IMG/VR virus record: IMGVR_UViG_3300022745_000034
Span: 1 to 63,900 of that record
DNA: 63,900 nucleotides
DNA from: a virus
Lineage: Duplodnaviria > Caudoviricetes
Direction: 5' to 3' (one strand)
Below the pieces are notes generated by a model, which saw only the letters and a program-made list of their open reading frames with translations, was not told the origin of the DNA and did not search any database. The position numbers and the translations under genes were made by a program. The first letter of the stretch is position 1, and each line of letters begins with the position of its first letter. Positions 8,889 to 19,101 of the stretch are shown here, in pieces.

Positions 8889-10243
8889 CTCATGCACCCC
8901 ACTGCGTAAATTGCTGTTGCCCCAAGGGTTCGCTGCCCAATAGTCACAGCGGTTGCACCATAAATGCTGTGCATCCCAGGACCGACATCGAAGATCCCAA
9001 CGGCTGTACAGGCTCCGGAATATGCAAACCCTAGCGACACTCCAGTCTGTGCTGACGGCACTCCATCACAGAAGATCTGGGCATACAGACTTGCCTCCGA
9101 TCCGTTGTAAGCAAGCACATTGGTGTTGTAGGAGACAAATATCTTTCCACCGTATGGCATGTAAACAAACACGCCAACATCATTGCCGTACCCAGTCAGC
9201 CCAACTGGAACCGTTACCGAATTACCGGCGATTCTCAGCGTGTCAATCTCAGCATCGCCAATCAAAGCCTTAGTGATAGACGCCTTCTTCATCACCGCCA
9301 TGTCCATGTAGACACCGGGATCGTTGCCATTGGCGTCCGGGGTCGTGGTGACGATGAAGGGAATACGCGGTGGAATGCTGGGCCCGGTGGGGCTGGCAAT
9401 GGAAAATCGGTCTGCCCTGAAAATAAATTCTGAGAACGGCGTCGAGTTGTTGGCCGCGCTCAACAGCCCAAAACCAGACACGTAGCCGTTTTGGTCCACC
9501 TTGACCGAATACTTGCCAAGCATGGTTCCGTCGGCATTGACGCGGGCCTCTGTCTCCTGGGCAATGGCCGTTGAGTTGCTTCCGACTGATGCCTGAATCT
9601 GATTCAGTTGCGTCGTGAGCGCAGATACATTGTTTGCATTGGTCGTTATGGCCGACTGTTGCAGGGCAAGTGAACTATTGACGCTGGCGTACTGGGTCGT
9701 GATCGTGGTTTGCAGAGCGTTGTCTGCGTTTACCCGTTGGCTTGTTTCCGTCTGGATAGCCGTTTCGGCATTGCCGACGCGCGTGCCCATGGTCGATAAG
9801 CTGGTAGACAGCGCCGTGTCTCCATTGACGCGCTGGGTTATCTCATTTCTCAATACAAGCTCTGTTGCACCAACACGGTCAAAGATGCCTCCGGGCTTGT
9901 CGATCAAATTCACCCGTTCGCCAAGCTGCCTGAACAGAAGCGACTCCATGACCTGGGCCTGCAAGTCGTTGATGACCCGCGATATGTCTCCAGGCTTGAT
10001 GAATCCACCCGCTTGCTGATCCTGCTGCTGTGCCGAGATTTGATTTCCAAGGCTGACGACTGACGACTGGACCGTGCCAAGTTCGGCCGCCGTGATGAAT
10101 CGGCTGTCACCGTTTCCGCTGGCGCCGTTGCGTACATGCCAGCCGTCTACGATGGCCCGTAGAACTTGGCGGGTGTTCTCATCTTGGATGGCGTCCAGGG
10201 CGCCAAGCGGTATGCCGGGTACGCCTTTGTTCGTTGCGCTCAT
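8885..10243 (-). CDS. Tail tip / host-specificity protein (DUF1983-like)
   Basis: Coiled coil followed by YSVKVDQNGYVSGFGL...SEFIFRADRFSIA...GVYMDMAVMKKASI. Confidence 0.75.
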   Translation of the reverse strand: MSATNKGVPGIPLGALDAIQDENTRQVLRAIVDGWHVRNGASGNGDSRFITAAELGTVQSSVVSLGNQISAQQQDQQAGGFIKPGDISRVINDLQAQVMESLLFRQLGERVNLIDKPGGIFDRVGATELVLRNEITQRVNGDTALSTSLSTMGTRVGNAETAIQTETSQRVNADNALQTTITTQYASVNSSLALQQSAITTNANNVSALTTQLNQIQASVGSNSTAIAQETEARVNADGTMLGKYSVKVDQNGYVSGFGLLSAANNSTPFSEFIFRADRFSIASPTGPSIPPRIPFIVTTTPDANGNDPGVYMDMAVMKKASITKALIGDAEIDTLRIAGNSVTVPVGLTGYGNDVGVFVYMPYGGKIFVSYNTNVLAYNGSEASLYAQIFCDGVPSAQTGVSLGFAYSGACTAVGIFDVGPGMHSIYGATAVTIGQRTLGATAIYAVGCMR

Positions 10244-12207
10244 ATCGTTGACAACTCCCGAGCCGTCTGGGCCACGCGCAACTCACGAAAGCGCCCGGTC
10301 CCGCTGATTTTGAGCCGGTACCGGTCGGATTCGTAGCCGCTTGGCAGTCGGAAGTTGATTAGGCCTGTTGTCAGGGCCTGCGTGTGCTTCAACTGGTACT
10401 CAAAGGCGCCGGTTGTGACGTTCTTGACATAGGCCCAAAACTCCAGCGACCAAGAACCTTCGATCAAAGCCTGGGCTATGCCAAAGTTGACCGGGCGCTG
10501 CAACACGGTTTCGCGCGATTGCCACGTCGCAGATGCAGGAGATCCTCCGTTGAACTGGTTCAGGCCGTAGTTGAAGACGTAGTAAAACTGGTCGGAAAGC
10601 TGGCTAATGAATGCGCAGTTCGCATAGAACGCCGGAAGATCCGTCATCATTCCGTCTGCCTCGTCAAAGCGGATCATGAACGGGGTGAATGCCGCAATCG
10701 ACGAAAACACCACCAGCCGGCCGTCCCACACGGCAAAGCGCATGGTGGACATTCCAGCCGAATAGGCTTGGCGCCACACCTCGCGCGTGAAGAACCGCTG
10801 CCCTTGCACCAGGGAAGCGGATGCGCCATTGAGTGTTACCAGCCCATCGTTGCTGGCATACATCACGGCACCGTCCACCACGGCAATAGACCACTTCGAC
10901 ACACCGGCCTGATTGACGTTGATCTTGTTGGCCGTCATCGAGTCAGGCGACACACCTGAAACTATGTATGGATAACCAGTTGTAGTGATGACCGCACCGG
11001 AGCCGTGGGTGATACCGCCAACGATGGTATTCAACAGAGGCTTGACGTAGGACGGAGGCCAAGCCCATGGTTTGTAGGCTTCGCTAAATTGCAGTTCATT
11101 GCCCTTCCAGGCGCACATGATCCCGTTTGGCAGGGTCATGAGGCCGACAAGCGCCTGATCTGGGGGATACCATTCGGTCGATTCCAGTTGCTCGTTGAGC
11201 ATTTCTGCCTTCACGTTGTCAGCGAACGTGAACGTGCCAGATTGGTTGAGGACATTTACGCTTCCAACATAGAAATACTCGGCAATGGTCGAGCCTGTTG
11301 GGGTGCGGTAGATGTCGATCTGCTTGATTGGCGCGTAGCTGCCAATGGCATCCTTGGTGACGGTCACATTCACGTCAATGGACGTGGCGGTCGTCACGAT
11401 AGCCGGTGCGCTTGGCGGCCCCTGCTCGTCGTAGGTGTTGCGGTACACGTAAACGTAGGCGCGTGTTTCCTTGTCTGCTTCCTTGATGCTTCCGGTCAGC
11501 GTTACCGTGTAGGTATCTGCGCCTGCATCCTTGGCCATGGACAGGCTATAGAAGCCACCCGTACCTTTGAAGCTGGAATTGTCCGTGTAGATGTCGAACG
11601 CTTGTGAGTAGTCGTCTTTCCAAAAGGCGATCATGCGAATCACTGGAAACGCCATTTCCGGTGTTGCCGTTGCCCTGGCGGGAGGCGTGAACCGGTATTG
11701 CGAGGCGCTGACCGACGCCAGATCCGCATTGTTCTCCTGATATTTGACCCCGCCGTACTCCCAATGGAAGCTAAACGTGATGTTTGCGTTGGCGCTGGTC
11801 ACCTGTTTGACCTGATTTGCCGCGAGCTTTGGGGCTACCGTTGGCCTTGGAACGCCAACGAGGTAGCTACTTCCTGGGATGCCGCCATTGCTGCGAGTAC
11901 CTAAGCGGTTTGTCACCTTGAACCCGCTGTCTCCGGTGTAGTAGAGGCGGTTGTAAGCGTCATTGGCCAGCGGTGAGCGCACCGCGTTTACATCACGCTC
12001 CCATGAATAGAACGTCAGGCCATCGTCGGTGTAGATCGACTGTGCGTTGTTGGACAAGTTGCCGAAATAGAAACCGCCCTTTGTATTGCGCAGTTCTCCA
12101 TAAGCAAAGTCGCAGTTCTGGGCGATGGTGGCCGCGCCTTCTGGCAACAGCGATTCCGGCATCCGGGGGCGTATGCCAGAGAAAATATTAAGTTTGAATG
12201 CGGCCAT
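10240..12207 (-). CDS. Tail (nozzle/tubular) protein
   Basis: 655 aa, beta-rich, N-terminal FSGIRPR..LLP..AATIAQNC and FSEAYKPWAWP; position matches 933W-like tail genes. Confidence 0.6.
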   Translation of the reverse strand: MAAFKLNIFSGIRPRMPESLLPEGAATIAQNCDFAYGELRNTKGGFYFGNLSNNAQSIYTDDGLTFYSWERDVNAVRSPLANDAYNRLYYTGDSGFKVTNRLGTRSNGGIPGSSYLVGVPRPTVAPKLAANQVKQVTSANANITFSFHWEYGGVKYQENNADLASVSASQYRFTPPARATATPEMAFPVIRMIAFWKDDYSQAFDIYTDNSSFKGTGGFYSLSMAKDAGADTYTVTLTGSIKEADKETRAYVYVYRNTYDEQGPPSAPAIVTTATSIDVNVTVTKDAIGSYAPIKQIDIYRTPTGSTIAEYFYVGSVNVLNQSGTFTFADNVKAEMLNEQLESTEWYPPDQALVGLMTLPNGIMCAWKGNELQFSEAYKPWAWPPSYVKPLLNTIVGGITHGSGAVITTTGYPYIVSGVSPDSMTANKINVNQAGVSKWSIAVVDGAVMYASNDGLVTLNGASASLVQGQRFFTREVWRQAYSAGMSTMRFAVWDGRLVVFSSIAAFTPFMIRFDEADGMMTDLPAFYANCAFISQLSDQFYYVFNYGLNQFNGGSPASATWQSRETVLQRPVNFGIAQALIEGSWSLEFWAYVKNVTTGAFEYQLKHTQALTTGLINFRLPSGYESDRYRLKISGTGRFRELRVAQTARELSTI

Positions 12208-12234
12208 GAGAATTACTCGATGTTTAGTGCAAGT

Positions 12235-12558
12235 CTATGACCATGGTGGCAATTTGGTCTGCCTGCTGGGTGCCACCTGTTCGCTGATCCGTTGGTCCAG
12301 ATCTGACTTTGTTCTGGTGAATTCAGAGCCCATTTGCGTTTCGACCCAGCCCTGCACCTGATTGGCCGTGAGGTTGGCAAATGGAGTGAAGTTCTGTGGG
12401 TCAATGGCGCCGAGTTGCTGAGTCCCGTAGGAAATCGCAGTGTGGCCGGTTCCGTCGTTGCCCGTGAGCCGCCAATGCACCGAATAAACGGCGTTGGCGA
12501 GTCCTTGGTAGGTCGGGTAGACATCGAGTGCTGTGAACTGCCATGTGTAGGTGTTCAA
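12235..12558 (-). CDS. Conserved small tail-fibre-associated protein
   Basis: TYTWQ..LDVYP..VYSVHWRL..FTPFANLT..V.GWV...LPPW pattern. Confidence 0.55.
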   Translation of the reverse strand: MNTYTWQFTALDVYPTYQGLANAVYSVHWRLTGNDGTGHTAISYGTQQLGAIDPQNFTPFANLTANQVQGWVETQMGSEFTRTKSDLDQRISEQVAPSRQTKLPPWS

Positions 12559-12592
12559 GGGTGTCGGCTACGACTCAGACGTTAAAGGAGCA

Positions 12593-12979
12593 CTAATTTC
12601 CGTGCGTTGTATGCATTCCGGAGGTGTCGAACGGCTGGAGCAGATACTTCACAAACCAGATGGCAAACTTTTTGCGCCACCCGCTACCCGTGAGGATCAA
12701 GTCATCCATACGGGCTGAGAGTGTTAGGCGTGACAGTGCTGGCATCTGCAAGAACATGATGGTGCCGAACACTATGTTGAACAGCACATCGACTACCAAT
12801 CCCGCTGCAAGTAGCGGAAAAGACAGGTACAGAACGCCCTTGGGCAGTTCACCTTTTTGGTAGACGCGCAACAGGTTCATCACCGCTAGGAACAGCACCC
12901 ACAGCACATATCCGAGGTAGAGGAAGCCGACGGCATAGGCGCCAGCGCCGATGAGGATGAAGAATTGATCAGGTGTCAT
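12593..12979 (-). CDS. Membrane protein
   Basis: Two long hydrophobic segments; TLSAR...W..F...LL.PFD..G.H C-terminus. Confidence 0.65.
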   Translation of the reverse strand: MTPDQFFILIGAGAYAVGFLYLGYVLWVLFLAVMNLLRVYQKGELPKGVLYLSFPLLAAGLVVDVLFNIVFGTIMFLQMPALSRLTLSARMDDLILTGSGWRKKFAIWFVKYLLQPFDTSGMHTTHGN

Positions 12980-13389
12980 AGTCCACTCGCTGTTAGGAAT
13001 AGGGCATCAAGAGAGTCGCTAGAGATATTCAGGGATTGCGCCATACCGATGACCATAGGGTGCGTCCGCTGAATCTCTGTTGAGAACTCCCACCAGTCCT
13101 TAAGGTCTTGGTTTCCTGCTGCCACCGCCGCTTCAACCTGCTGACGCAGGCCCGCACGGGTCAGGGCTTGGCGAATCTGGCGGGGGGTCACAGACACCAC
13201 CACCGGTTTCGGCAGCAGCGCGTCTGTAGTTATCGTATGCTGGCCGCTTGTGGCTTCCAGATAAACCTCGTGACTAAAGGCGTTATCGTCGCCTTGGATA
13301 GCGGTGTACGGTATCCACCCATGCACTGGATGCTCGTACTCGCAGTCAATAATTGTGTCACTGCGACGGACAACATTTCGTATGTTCAT
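12976..13389 (-). CDS. Tail fibre assembly-like protein
   Basis: IDCEYEHPVHGWIPYTA...VTPRQIRQAL...WEFSTEIQRTHP; follows the fibre gene. Confidence 0.6.
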   Translation of the reverse strand: MNIRNVVRRSDTIIDCEYEHPVHGWIPYTAIQGDDNAFSHEVYLEATSGQHTITTDALLPKPVVVSVTPRQIRQALTRAGLRQQVEAAVAAGNQDLKDWWEFSTEIQRTHPMVIGMAQSLNISSDSLDALFLTASGL

Positions 13390-15189
13390 TTATGCGATCC
13401 TCATAAAAAGCCCGGTCCAGCCGTTGTTGTAGGTGCTTAGTGCTTTCCAAGTCCCAGACAGAGGCCCGTACAACATAGAGTTGTTCGATACATTAGTTCC
13501 GTATAGGTTAGAGCCAGCTACAGAGGATTGGGGGTAGCCAGAGATTGCTGCGTTTACGTAGCAAACCATAATGCCGCCGATATCCGTGTTTGGATTTGGC
13601 GTGGGGGCGGTATCAACCGTTCCTGCGTGATTCGCGTAGTTGACCGACAAGCTGCCAGCGCCTACACCGCCTAGGGTTCCAGCATTGCTTGCATACGCAA
13701 CACTAAAGTTGGACGGGTTATAGACGTACATGTTTGTACCGTCAGTGCCGCCCCACAACCATGTAGGTTGTCCGCTTTGTCCAGACCAGTAGAAGTTTAG
13801 GTCGCCTCCATCAGACCGGCGCGGATATGCACGACCTGCTGTGCTTGCGTAGCTAACTGACTGCGAACCGATGTCACTGATGCCGTAGCCAGCTATGGTT
13901 GTTGGTTTGCTAGTGACACCAGACCACGGTACGCTACCGGCAGAAGCTACAGACTGCGAACCAATGTTTGCGGAGTCAATGATGCGTGTCCACCCTGACC
14001 AGCTATCGGTCATGTCGCGTAATGACCGATACCATAACCCAGTGCCACCGCTTATCCAGCTTCCACCAATCTCCATAGACCCAGCTTGACCGTTACCGTA
14101 CCCGAAGGCTGAAAAGTATGTGGCCGGAGCGTTAGGGTCAGAATACGTTCCGTATGTGTACAAGCCTGCGGTTAGAACGCTTCTCCCGGTATAGACGTAC
14201 CCAGATGCGTTTCCACGGGAGGCAACATATGTGGAGTAATTGGAAGACGCTGCGTAGTTAACTGACTGCGACCCGATATTTGCAGTGGTGATGGCATCAG
14301 TAATGCCGTACCCGGATACAGTAGTAGGCTTACCAGATACTCCGGACCAAGCCACCGAACCAGCGCTTCCTGTGACGCTAATGCCCCACGATCCAGATGC
14401 ACCCGCACCGGTTTTTGTTGGTGCGTAGGCATTGTAATTCCCCGCATGCAGCGCCGTATTCCCACTAATGGCCACAGATCCATTCACTTGCAGCTTGTTG
14501 ACACCATCGTCTGTTGTGGTGCCAATCAACAGATTCGCGGCAGTGCTTGACCGCATGAATTCTGTTGATCCGACCAAAAAGCGCATCGGAAGGACTGTTC
14601 CTGTTCCATTCGCCGTTGATTGAAGTTGTACGGTGCTAGCGTTGACCGTGAACGCGCCATAGGCCGCATTAGTCGGATCAGACGCGCCGAAGATGTGCAA
14701 CTGGCTGTTGGTGGAAGTGCCGTTTGGCAACAGGCTGAAATAGGTGTTGCCGTTGGCAATGCTGGTCTGCACCATCAACCGGTTGGCAATCGTTCCATTG
14801 GATAGGTCGCCAGTGATGCGCAGGCCTATTCCGTTGAAATTCAGGCTCCCGGTTAGCGTGCCGCCTGCCAGTGGAAGGAAGCTATTGAATGCTCCAGCCG
14901 TAGCTCGCAGTTCGACGCGCGATCCAGATGCCCAAGTGGCAGCCGAAGTGCTCTCCTGGGCGCGAACGATGGTCAAAACGTCACTGGAGCGTCCCGTTAC
15001 CTTGACTATTTCCCAGGAGTTTTCAATCCCGTTGGAGTCCAGGCCAATCAGCGTCAGCAGGAAATAGTCGCCACCTGTTGGCGATGGAAAGCGCGCGCCA
15101 TGCCCCGTTGCCAGCGTCAGGCTGGTAGATCCGATTGCTAAGGAAGCACCAAGGGAGCCATAGGAATTGTTTTGAAATAGTTGGGCCAT
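13390..15189 (-). CDS. Tail fibre protein
   Basis: 599 aa, G/S/T-rich; two KPTT.xGYGI fibre repeats, three IGSQSV repeats, WSGWTRI motif. Confidence 0.85.
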   Translation of the reverse strand: MAQLFQNNSYGSLGASLAIGSTSLTLATGHGARFPSPTGGDYFLLTLIGLDSNGIENSWEIVKVTGRSSDVLTIVRAQESTSAATWASGSRVELRATAGAFNSFLPLAGGTLTGSLNFNGIGLRITGDLSNGTIANRLMVQTSIANGNTYFSLLPNGTSTNSQLHIFGASDPTNAAYGAFTVNASTVQLQSTANGTGTVLPMRFLVGSTEFMRSSTAANLLIGTTTDDGVNKLQVNGSVAISGNTALHAGNYNAYAPTKTGAGASGSWGISVTGSAGSVAWSGVSGKPTTVSGYGITDAITTANIGSQSVNYAASSNYSTYVASRGNASGYVYTGRSVLTAGLYTYGTYSDPNAPATYFSAFGYGNGQAGSMEIGGSWISGGTGLWYRSLRDMTDSWSGWTRIIDSANIGSQSVASAGSVPWSGVTSKPTTIAGYGISDIGSQSVSYASTAGRAYPRRSDGGDLNFYWSGQSGQPTWLWGGTDGTNMYVYNPSNFSVAYASNAGTLGGVGAGSLSVNYANHAGTVDTAPTPNPNTDIGGIMVCYVNAAISGYPQSSVAGSNLYGTNVSNNSMLYGPLSGTWKALSTYNNGWTGLFMRIA

Positions 15190-15191
15190 TT

Positions 15192-15470
15192 CTATACGTC
15201 CTTAACGCGAATCTTGAATTCGTCTTGCTTGATCCGACCGTCGGCCGTAGTCATGGTTACTGTCAGCTTGTATTGAGTCCCATCAGCACCGGATGACAGC
15301 CACACCTTGATGCGCGGGTCATTGATGAACACCGAATCGACCACGAGCCCGGTGGGTGAAACTACGATGTCGGCTGACTGCACGTTGTCGCCAGCGGTAA
15401 GCCACTCGCTGTAATCAATATCGAAGTCTTTGACTTCAACGGGTTGCTTTGAGAAATTTCCGAGGTTCAT
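15192..15470 (-). CDS. Fibre-tail adaptor-like protein
   Basis: KQP.E..DFDIDYSEWL...VKVWLSSG..G..YKLTV...TADGRIKQ. Confidence 0.6.
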   Translation of the reverse strand: MNLGNFSKQPVEVKDFDIDYSEWLTAGDNVQSADIVVSPTGLVVDSVFINDPRIKVWLSSGADGTQYKLTVTMTTADGRIKQDEFKIRVKDV

Positions 15471-16768
15471 ACTGTCACCACCATGGTTCTGTCTTCTTCT
15501 TGGACGTACATCACGCGGTCCTCTGCCGAAACCATCATGTAGCGCTCATCTGGGGCTTTGATTTCCGAGTTGGCTATTGCGTATGCCATCCCGACCGTGG
15601 CGCTTGCCATTACCCCGCTAACACTGGCCATGAGCTTTCTGGTGCCTGTTGCATCAATCACAGACCCACTAGCAGTAGATCCTGCTGTGGCCGCGAATAA
15701 TTGCTTTGCAGAACCCAATCCGGACCCGGTGGCGTTTGCTGCAACACCGGCAAAGTGCTGCATTCCGTAGGTAATGTTCTTCGCCACAACTGCATACCCG
15801 TAAGATTCAGCCGCCGCCTTTGCTGTACGTTTGGCCAACGCGGTTGCAGTCACACCACCAGATCCAGTGCACGATGCAAAATAGTTAGCGCGTGCCTTGG
15901 GGGCGTAAGAAGACGCCTGGGCGCTTGCTTGGGCAGTTGGGTTTACGACCCTTGTGCCAAAAGAAGTTGCCAATGCAGTTGCTTGCGCTGTTGATTTTTG
16001 CCAGTAGATGTGTCTTGCAACCACTGACTCTGCCACCGCTACGCCAGTACCGAGTGAGTGAGCCGCGTACCTTATGAATGATTTCGCTGTCCCGTTAGAT
16101 TCAGCAAAATCAAATGCGCCAAACGTTGCTATGACCTTTATTCGGTCCTGCGGTACCGATGAGACTGCACGACTCGACCCGGTTGCATACCCGATATGGT
16201 CGAAATACGAATGCCCATTACGCTTTACAGAAGGTTCTGCGTTGGCGTAAACGCTCCCACTCAGTCCCGTGCGAACGGTCGGATAGCGCTTTACATTGCC
16301 TTGTGCTGTGCCGGTTGCTGTGCCCTGGGTATTTGATCTTCCTGGGAAAACCATGTGTGCCTTGGCAAGCACAACAGTTGCCGCCATGGTGGCATTGGCA
16401 TTCCCAAGGGCTTGAGCAGTGAGTGCTTCACCGTAGCATCTTGCGTCACCGCCTGCGGTCGCATACACATCGCGCCGAACCGCTGCGTGTCCGGTAGCTG
16501 TTGCCGTGGCAACGCTTCGACCGGCGCTTCTGATCGTCGGGAATACTGCGACTGTCGCGGATGCTGTTGCGTTTGCTCTGGCCGCTATGACACGGGTCTG
16601 TGTCAGGGTTACAGAAACATTTGCATTACCAACAGCGGATGCGTAGGTGATGCGTGTTGGTGTAGCCGAGAACGAGGCTGCGGCAACGGCGGTAACAACG
16701 GCGCTGATTACCCAGTTCGGATAAGCCGCGCCGTTGAACGAAAAGCCGTTGATGAGCCCTGTATTCAC
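15467..16768 (-). CDS. Ala-rich virion structural protein
   Basis: 433 aa with A/T/S-rich repeats; lies in the tail module. Confidence 0.55.
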   Translation of the reverse strand: MNTGLINGFSFNGAAYPNWVISAVVTAVAAASFSATPTRITYASAVGNANVSVTLTQTRVIAARANATASATVAVFPTIRSAGRSVATATATGHAAVRRDVYATAGGDARCYGEALTAQALGNANATMAATVVLAKAHMVFPGRSNTQGTATGTAQGNVKRYPTVRTGLSGSVYANAEPSVKRNGHSYFDHIGYATGSSRAVSSVPQDRIKVIATFGAFDFAESNGTAKSFIRYAAHSLGTGVAVAESVVARHIYWQKSTAQATALATSFGTRVVNPTAQASAQASSYAPKARANYFASCTGSGGVTATALAKRTAKAAAESYGYAVVAKNITYGMQHFAGVAANATGSGLGSAKQLFAATAGSTASGSVIDATGTRKLMASVSGVMASATVGMAYAIANSEIKAPDERYMMVSAEDRVMYVQEEDRTMVVTV

Positions 16769-16777
16769 GTCACACCA

Positions 16778-16794
16778 ATTGAGATTTACTCAAT
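16778..16794. promoter_or_regulatory. Operator palindrome ATTGAG-N5-CTCAAT
   Basis: Perfect intergenic copy. Confidence 0.65.
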
Positions 16795-16796
16795 TC

Positions 16797-17192
16797 TTAG
16801 TCGATACCAAAGACGATGGCGTTCGACGCGAAGCTCAACACGTCGCCTGGGGATAGTGTCTTTGGTGCCGACAACTGCGCATAGAACAGTCGGTTTCCTG
16901 CGGTTGCAGCGTCTAGCAGAACCAAGTGCGTGATGGTGACCGAAGCCGATGCGTTGCCGTTGGCCGGGAAGGTCAGTGCGCCAGTGTTCTTGGTCTGGCC
17001 ATTGACATCGAGCGCTGTCCAGGCGGCCGGCTGACGAGCGTAGCCGCTATAAGAAGTTTCGGTTCCTGCTGTGGCCTCACCGGGGTCAGACTCGAACAGC
17101 GCCACATACACCGTTGCCGGGGGGGTGATGGAGTTGTTACGAAGGAAGTGCTCGACGATCTTTTCTTCGAGGTAATTACTAAAAGCGCCCAT
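16797..17192 (-). CDS. Small tail/fibre structural protein
   Basis: FSNYLE...YVALF..DPGE...YARQ...ITH..L.DAATAGN.L conserved phage pattern. Confidence 0.65.
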   Translation of the reverse strand: MGAFSNYLEEKIVEHFLRNNSITPPATVYVALFESDPGEATAGTETSYSGYARQPAAWTALDVNGQTKNTGALTFPANGNASASVTITHLVLLDAATAGNRLFYAQLSAPKTLSPGDVLSFASNAIVFGID

Positions 17193-17210
17193 GATGTGCT
17201 CCTTTCAAAG

Positions 17211-17897
17211 TTAGCGAGAGTTAGGCGTGACGTTGGGATTGGCCGGAGCCGTCATGTTGGGGTTGACCCCCGCTTCCACCTTCGCCTTGCCCGTGAGCGC
17301 AGCGATATAGGCGTTTTGGTGCGTTGCTGCCCGGTTCTGGTCAGCCGCGTATTCGGTGTCCTTGCTGTAAGCGCGGTACAGCACGTAATCCACCAGAATG
17401 GTCTGGTAGATGTCGTCAAGAGTGATGGTTCCGCCCAGTGATGCGTCTGTTGGTGCAGCGCCATAGATCACTTCGACATAGCCCTGATTGCTGTCTGGCT
17501 GTGGCGGGTAGACGTAGTAGGTCTTGGGGTCTAGGACCGTGTACATGTAGTGCTTGACCTGCGCAGATGCCGTTTCCAAGTGCCAGTTTGGAACCTGCGA
17601 ATCCAGAATCTCGCGCATGGTGATACGCACAGCACGCCCAGGGGTTATTCCGTTGGTTCCCATGTTTCGCACCACGTCAACCAGTTGCACACCGTCAGGC
17701 GGGAGCGTCTGCTTTGTGCCGGCCACCATCTTGACGGCGGTGTTTTTGACAAACGCATTGGGTTTGTAGAGCACGATTTCGCGCTGACCGTCGTTGAGCC
17801 ATCCCAGCAGTTCAGTGTCAGGCCAGCGAATGCCGGTCGTGTCTTGAAGAATGGTTTGCGCTTTTGCGATCACCGAATTGACGGTTACGGTTGCCAT
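17211..17897 (-). CDS. Head-tail adaptor (DUF6682-like)
   Basis: LQD...RWPD.ELL.WLNDG...YYVYPP...LVDYVLYRAYSKD. Confidence 0.75.
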   Translation of the reverse strand: MATVTVNSVIAKAQTILQDTTGIRWPDTELLGWLNDGQREIVLYKPNAFVKNTAVKMVAGTKQTLPPDGVQLVDVVRNMGTNGITPGRAVRITMREILDSQVPNWHLETASAQVKHYMYTVLDPKTYYVYPPQPDSNQGYVEVIYGAAPTDASLGGTITLDDIYQTILVDYVLYRAYSKDTEYAADQNRAATHQNAYIAALTGKAKVEAGVNPNMTAPANPNVTPNSR

Positions 17898-17911
17898 GAA
17901 TGGTTCCTCTT

Positions 17912-18550
17912 TCAGTGTTGCGATGCCGTGCGTGTGGGTGCTCGTCCAAGTGCGGACACGGCATTGGCACGGGCGTTGGCAATTGCGGCATCGAACTTGG
18001 CGCGTCGATCAGCCCCGTTTTGCAGATCAGTCCAAGGCTTGTTTGGCATGAGCATCAATCGGGATATGGCGCCGTCAGCAAGGTCGTACAGGTACTGAGT
18101 TGCAATCCACTTGGGCAATCCGGTGGAGCTTTGTGACGGCTGCAAAGCCAGCGTCAATGTCAAGCCCGACGCGATATTTGCGTCCGGCACTCCAGCCAGG
18201 ATTACCTGCTCGGTATCCACCTGCGTGAAATACTTGGGCGTCCTGCGCGTGGTGCGCCAGCCCGGTATCTCGCGGTTGAGCCACTCCACGTTCTTGGGGT
18301 CCAAAGGAACCACGTTGTGCTCGGCTGCCATCACGGCAGAAATGTCAGAGCCTGCTGGGGATTCGAGGTCGTAGGCGTTTTCGCCTGCCACCACGTCAAT
18401 CGGATCTGGCAAGTGCTTCCAGATCCATGAGCCCGAACAGAACTCAATGCACGCGCGCTTGATGGCGTATTCGGTCACCGGGTCGGACGGATCAGCCGCC
18501 AGACTTGGCAGCACGTCGTCGAGAAGGTCTGAATACTTGGTGTTTGCCAC
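17912..18550 (-). CDS. Head-tail adaptor/connector protein
   Basis: AIKRACIEFC..S.IW...GAISRLMLMPNKPWTD; position after capsid genes. Confidence 0.65.
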   Translation of the reverse strand: MANTKYSDLLDDVLPSLAADPSDPVTEYAIKRACIEFCSGSWIWKHLPDPIDVVAGENAYDLESPAGSDISAVMAAEHNVVPLDPKNVEWLNREIPGWRTTRRTPKYFTQVDTEQVILAGVPDANIASGLTLTLALQPSQSSTGLPKWIATQYLYDLADGAISRLMLMPNKPWTDLQNGADRRAKFDAAIANARANAVSALGRAPTRTASQH

Positions 18551-18596
18551 GGCTCAATTCGTTGGTTGGTTGTGAGTCTTTCTCAACTCATCACCA

Positions 18597-18623
18597 AGTA
18601 TCAATGCTTCCTTGCTATTCGAC
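18597..18623 (-). promoter_or_regulatory. Putative late promoter GTCGAA-N15-GATACT
   Basis: Copy 5 of the motif; upstream of the adaptor genes. Confidence 0.6.
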
Positions 18624-19025
18624 TCAGGCCAGCGGCTCCAGATCGCGCTCGAATTCCTCTATGGCGTCGATCAGCAGCTTCTTTGCCTTAGTGGCATCAA
18701 GCTCTTTGCCCCACTTGGCTTTGGCCAGGGCCACAAGCTCTGCCTTGTTCATCTTTTCCAAGGGTTTCAGGAGTGAGGTTGCATCCACTTCTACGCTCTC
18801 GCCGTCTTCATCAACGACTTGTGTGGTCACTGGCGTATTGACGGAATCTGCGTCGGCAGCATCGACCAATTCCCATTGATCGGTGTATTTCAGCAGTTGT
18901 TTGGCCTGTGTTTCGGTGACTTCTTGCACATCGCCTTTGCCATTCCAGCATTTGCCGCTGGATGCTACGTTGTCATAGGCATAGGGCTTTTTGCCGATAT
19001 ACACGATCTTGATGAGTTTGGTCAT
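18624..19025 (-). CDS. Hypothetical virion-associated protein with C-terminal HeH-like segment
   Basis: Strong AGGAG RBS; LEKMNKAELVALAK...KKLLIDAI. Confidence 0.55.
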   Translation of the reverse strand: MTKLIKIVYIGKKPYAYDNVASSGKCWNGKGDVQEVTETQAKQLLKYTDQWELVDAADADSVNTPVTTQVVDEDGESVEVDATSLLKPLEKMNKAELVALAKAKWGKELDATKAKKLLIDAIEEFERDLEPLA

Positions 19026-19049
19026 GGGGTTATCTCCTGTTTGAAAAAG

Positions 19050-19081
19050 AAAAGGGGCAGCCTTGTGAGCCGCCCCTTTTT
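19050..19081. terminator. Rho-independent terminator after the capsid decoration gene (possibly bidirectional)
   Basis: AAAAGGGGC...GCCCCTTTT stem flanked by A and T tracts. Confidence 0.8.
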
Positions 19082-19101
19082 AGGCACTAGCCAGGGGCTG
19101 T

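Noticed and set aside
13390-15189. Diversity-generating retroelement target
   Set aside because: No reverse transcriptase, and no TR/VR pair differing at adenines was seen
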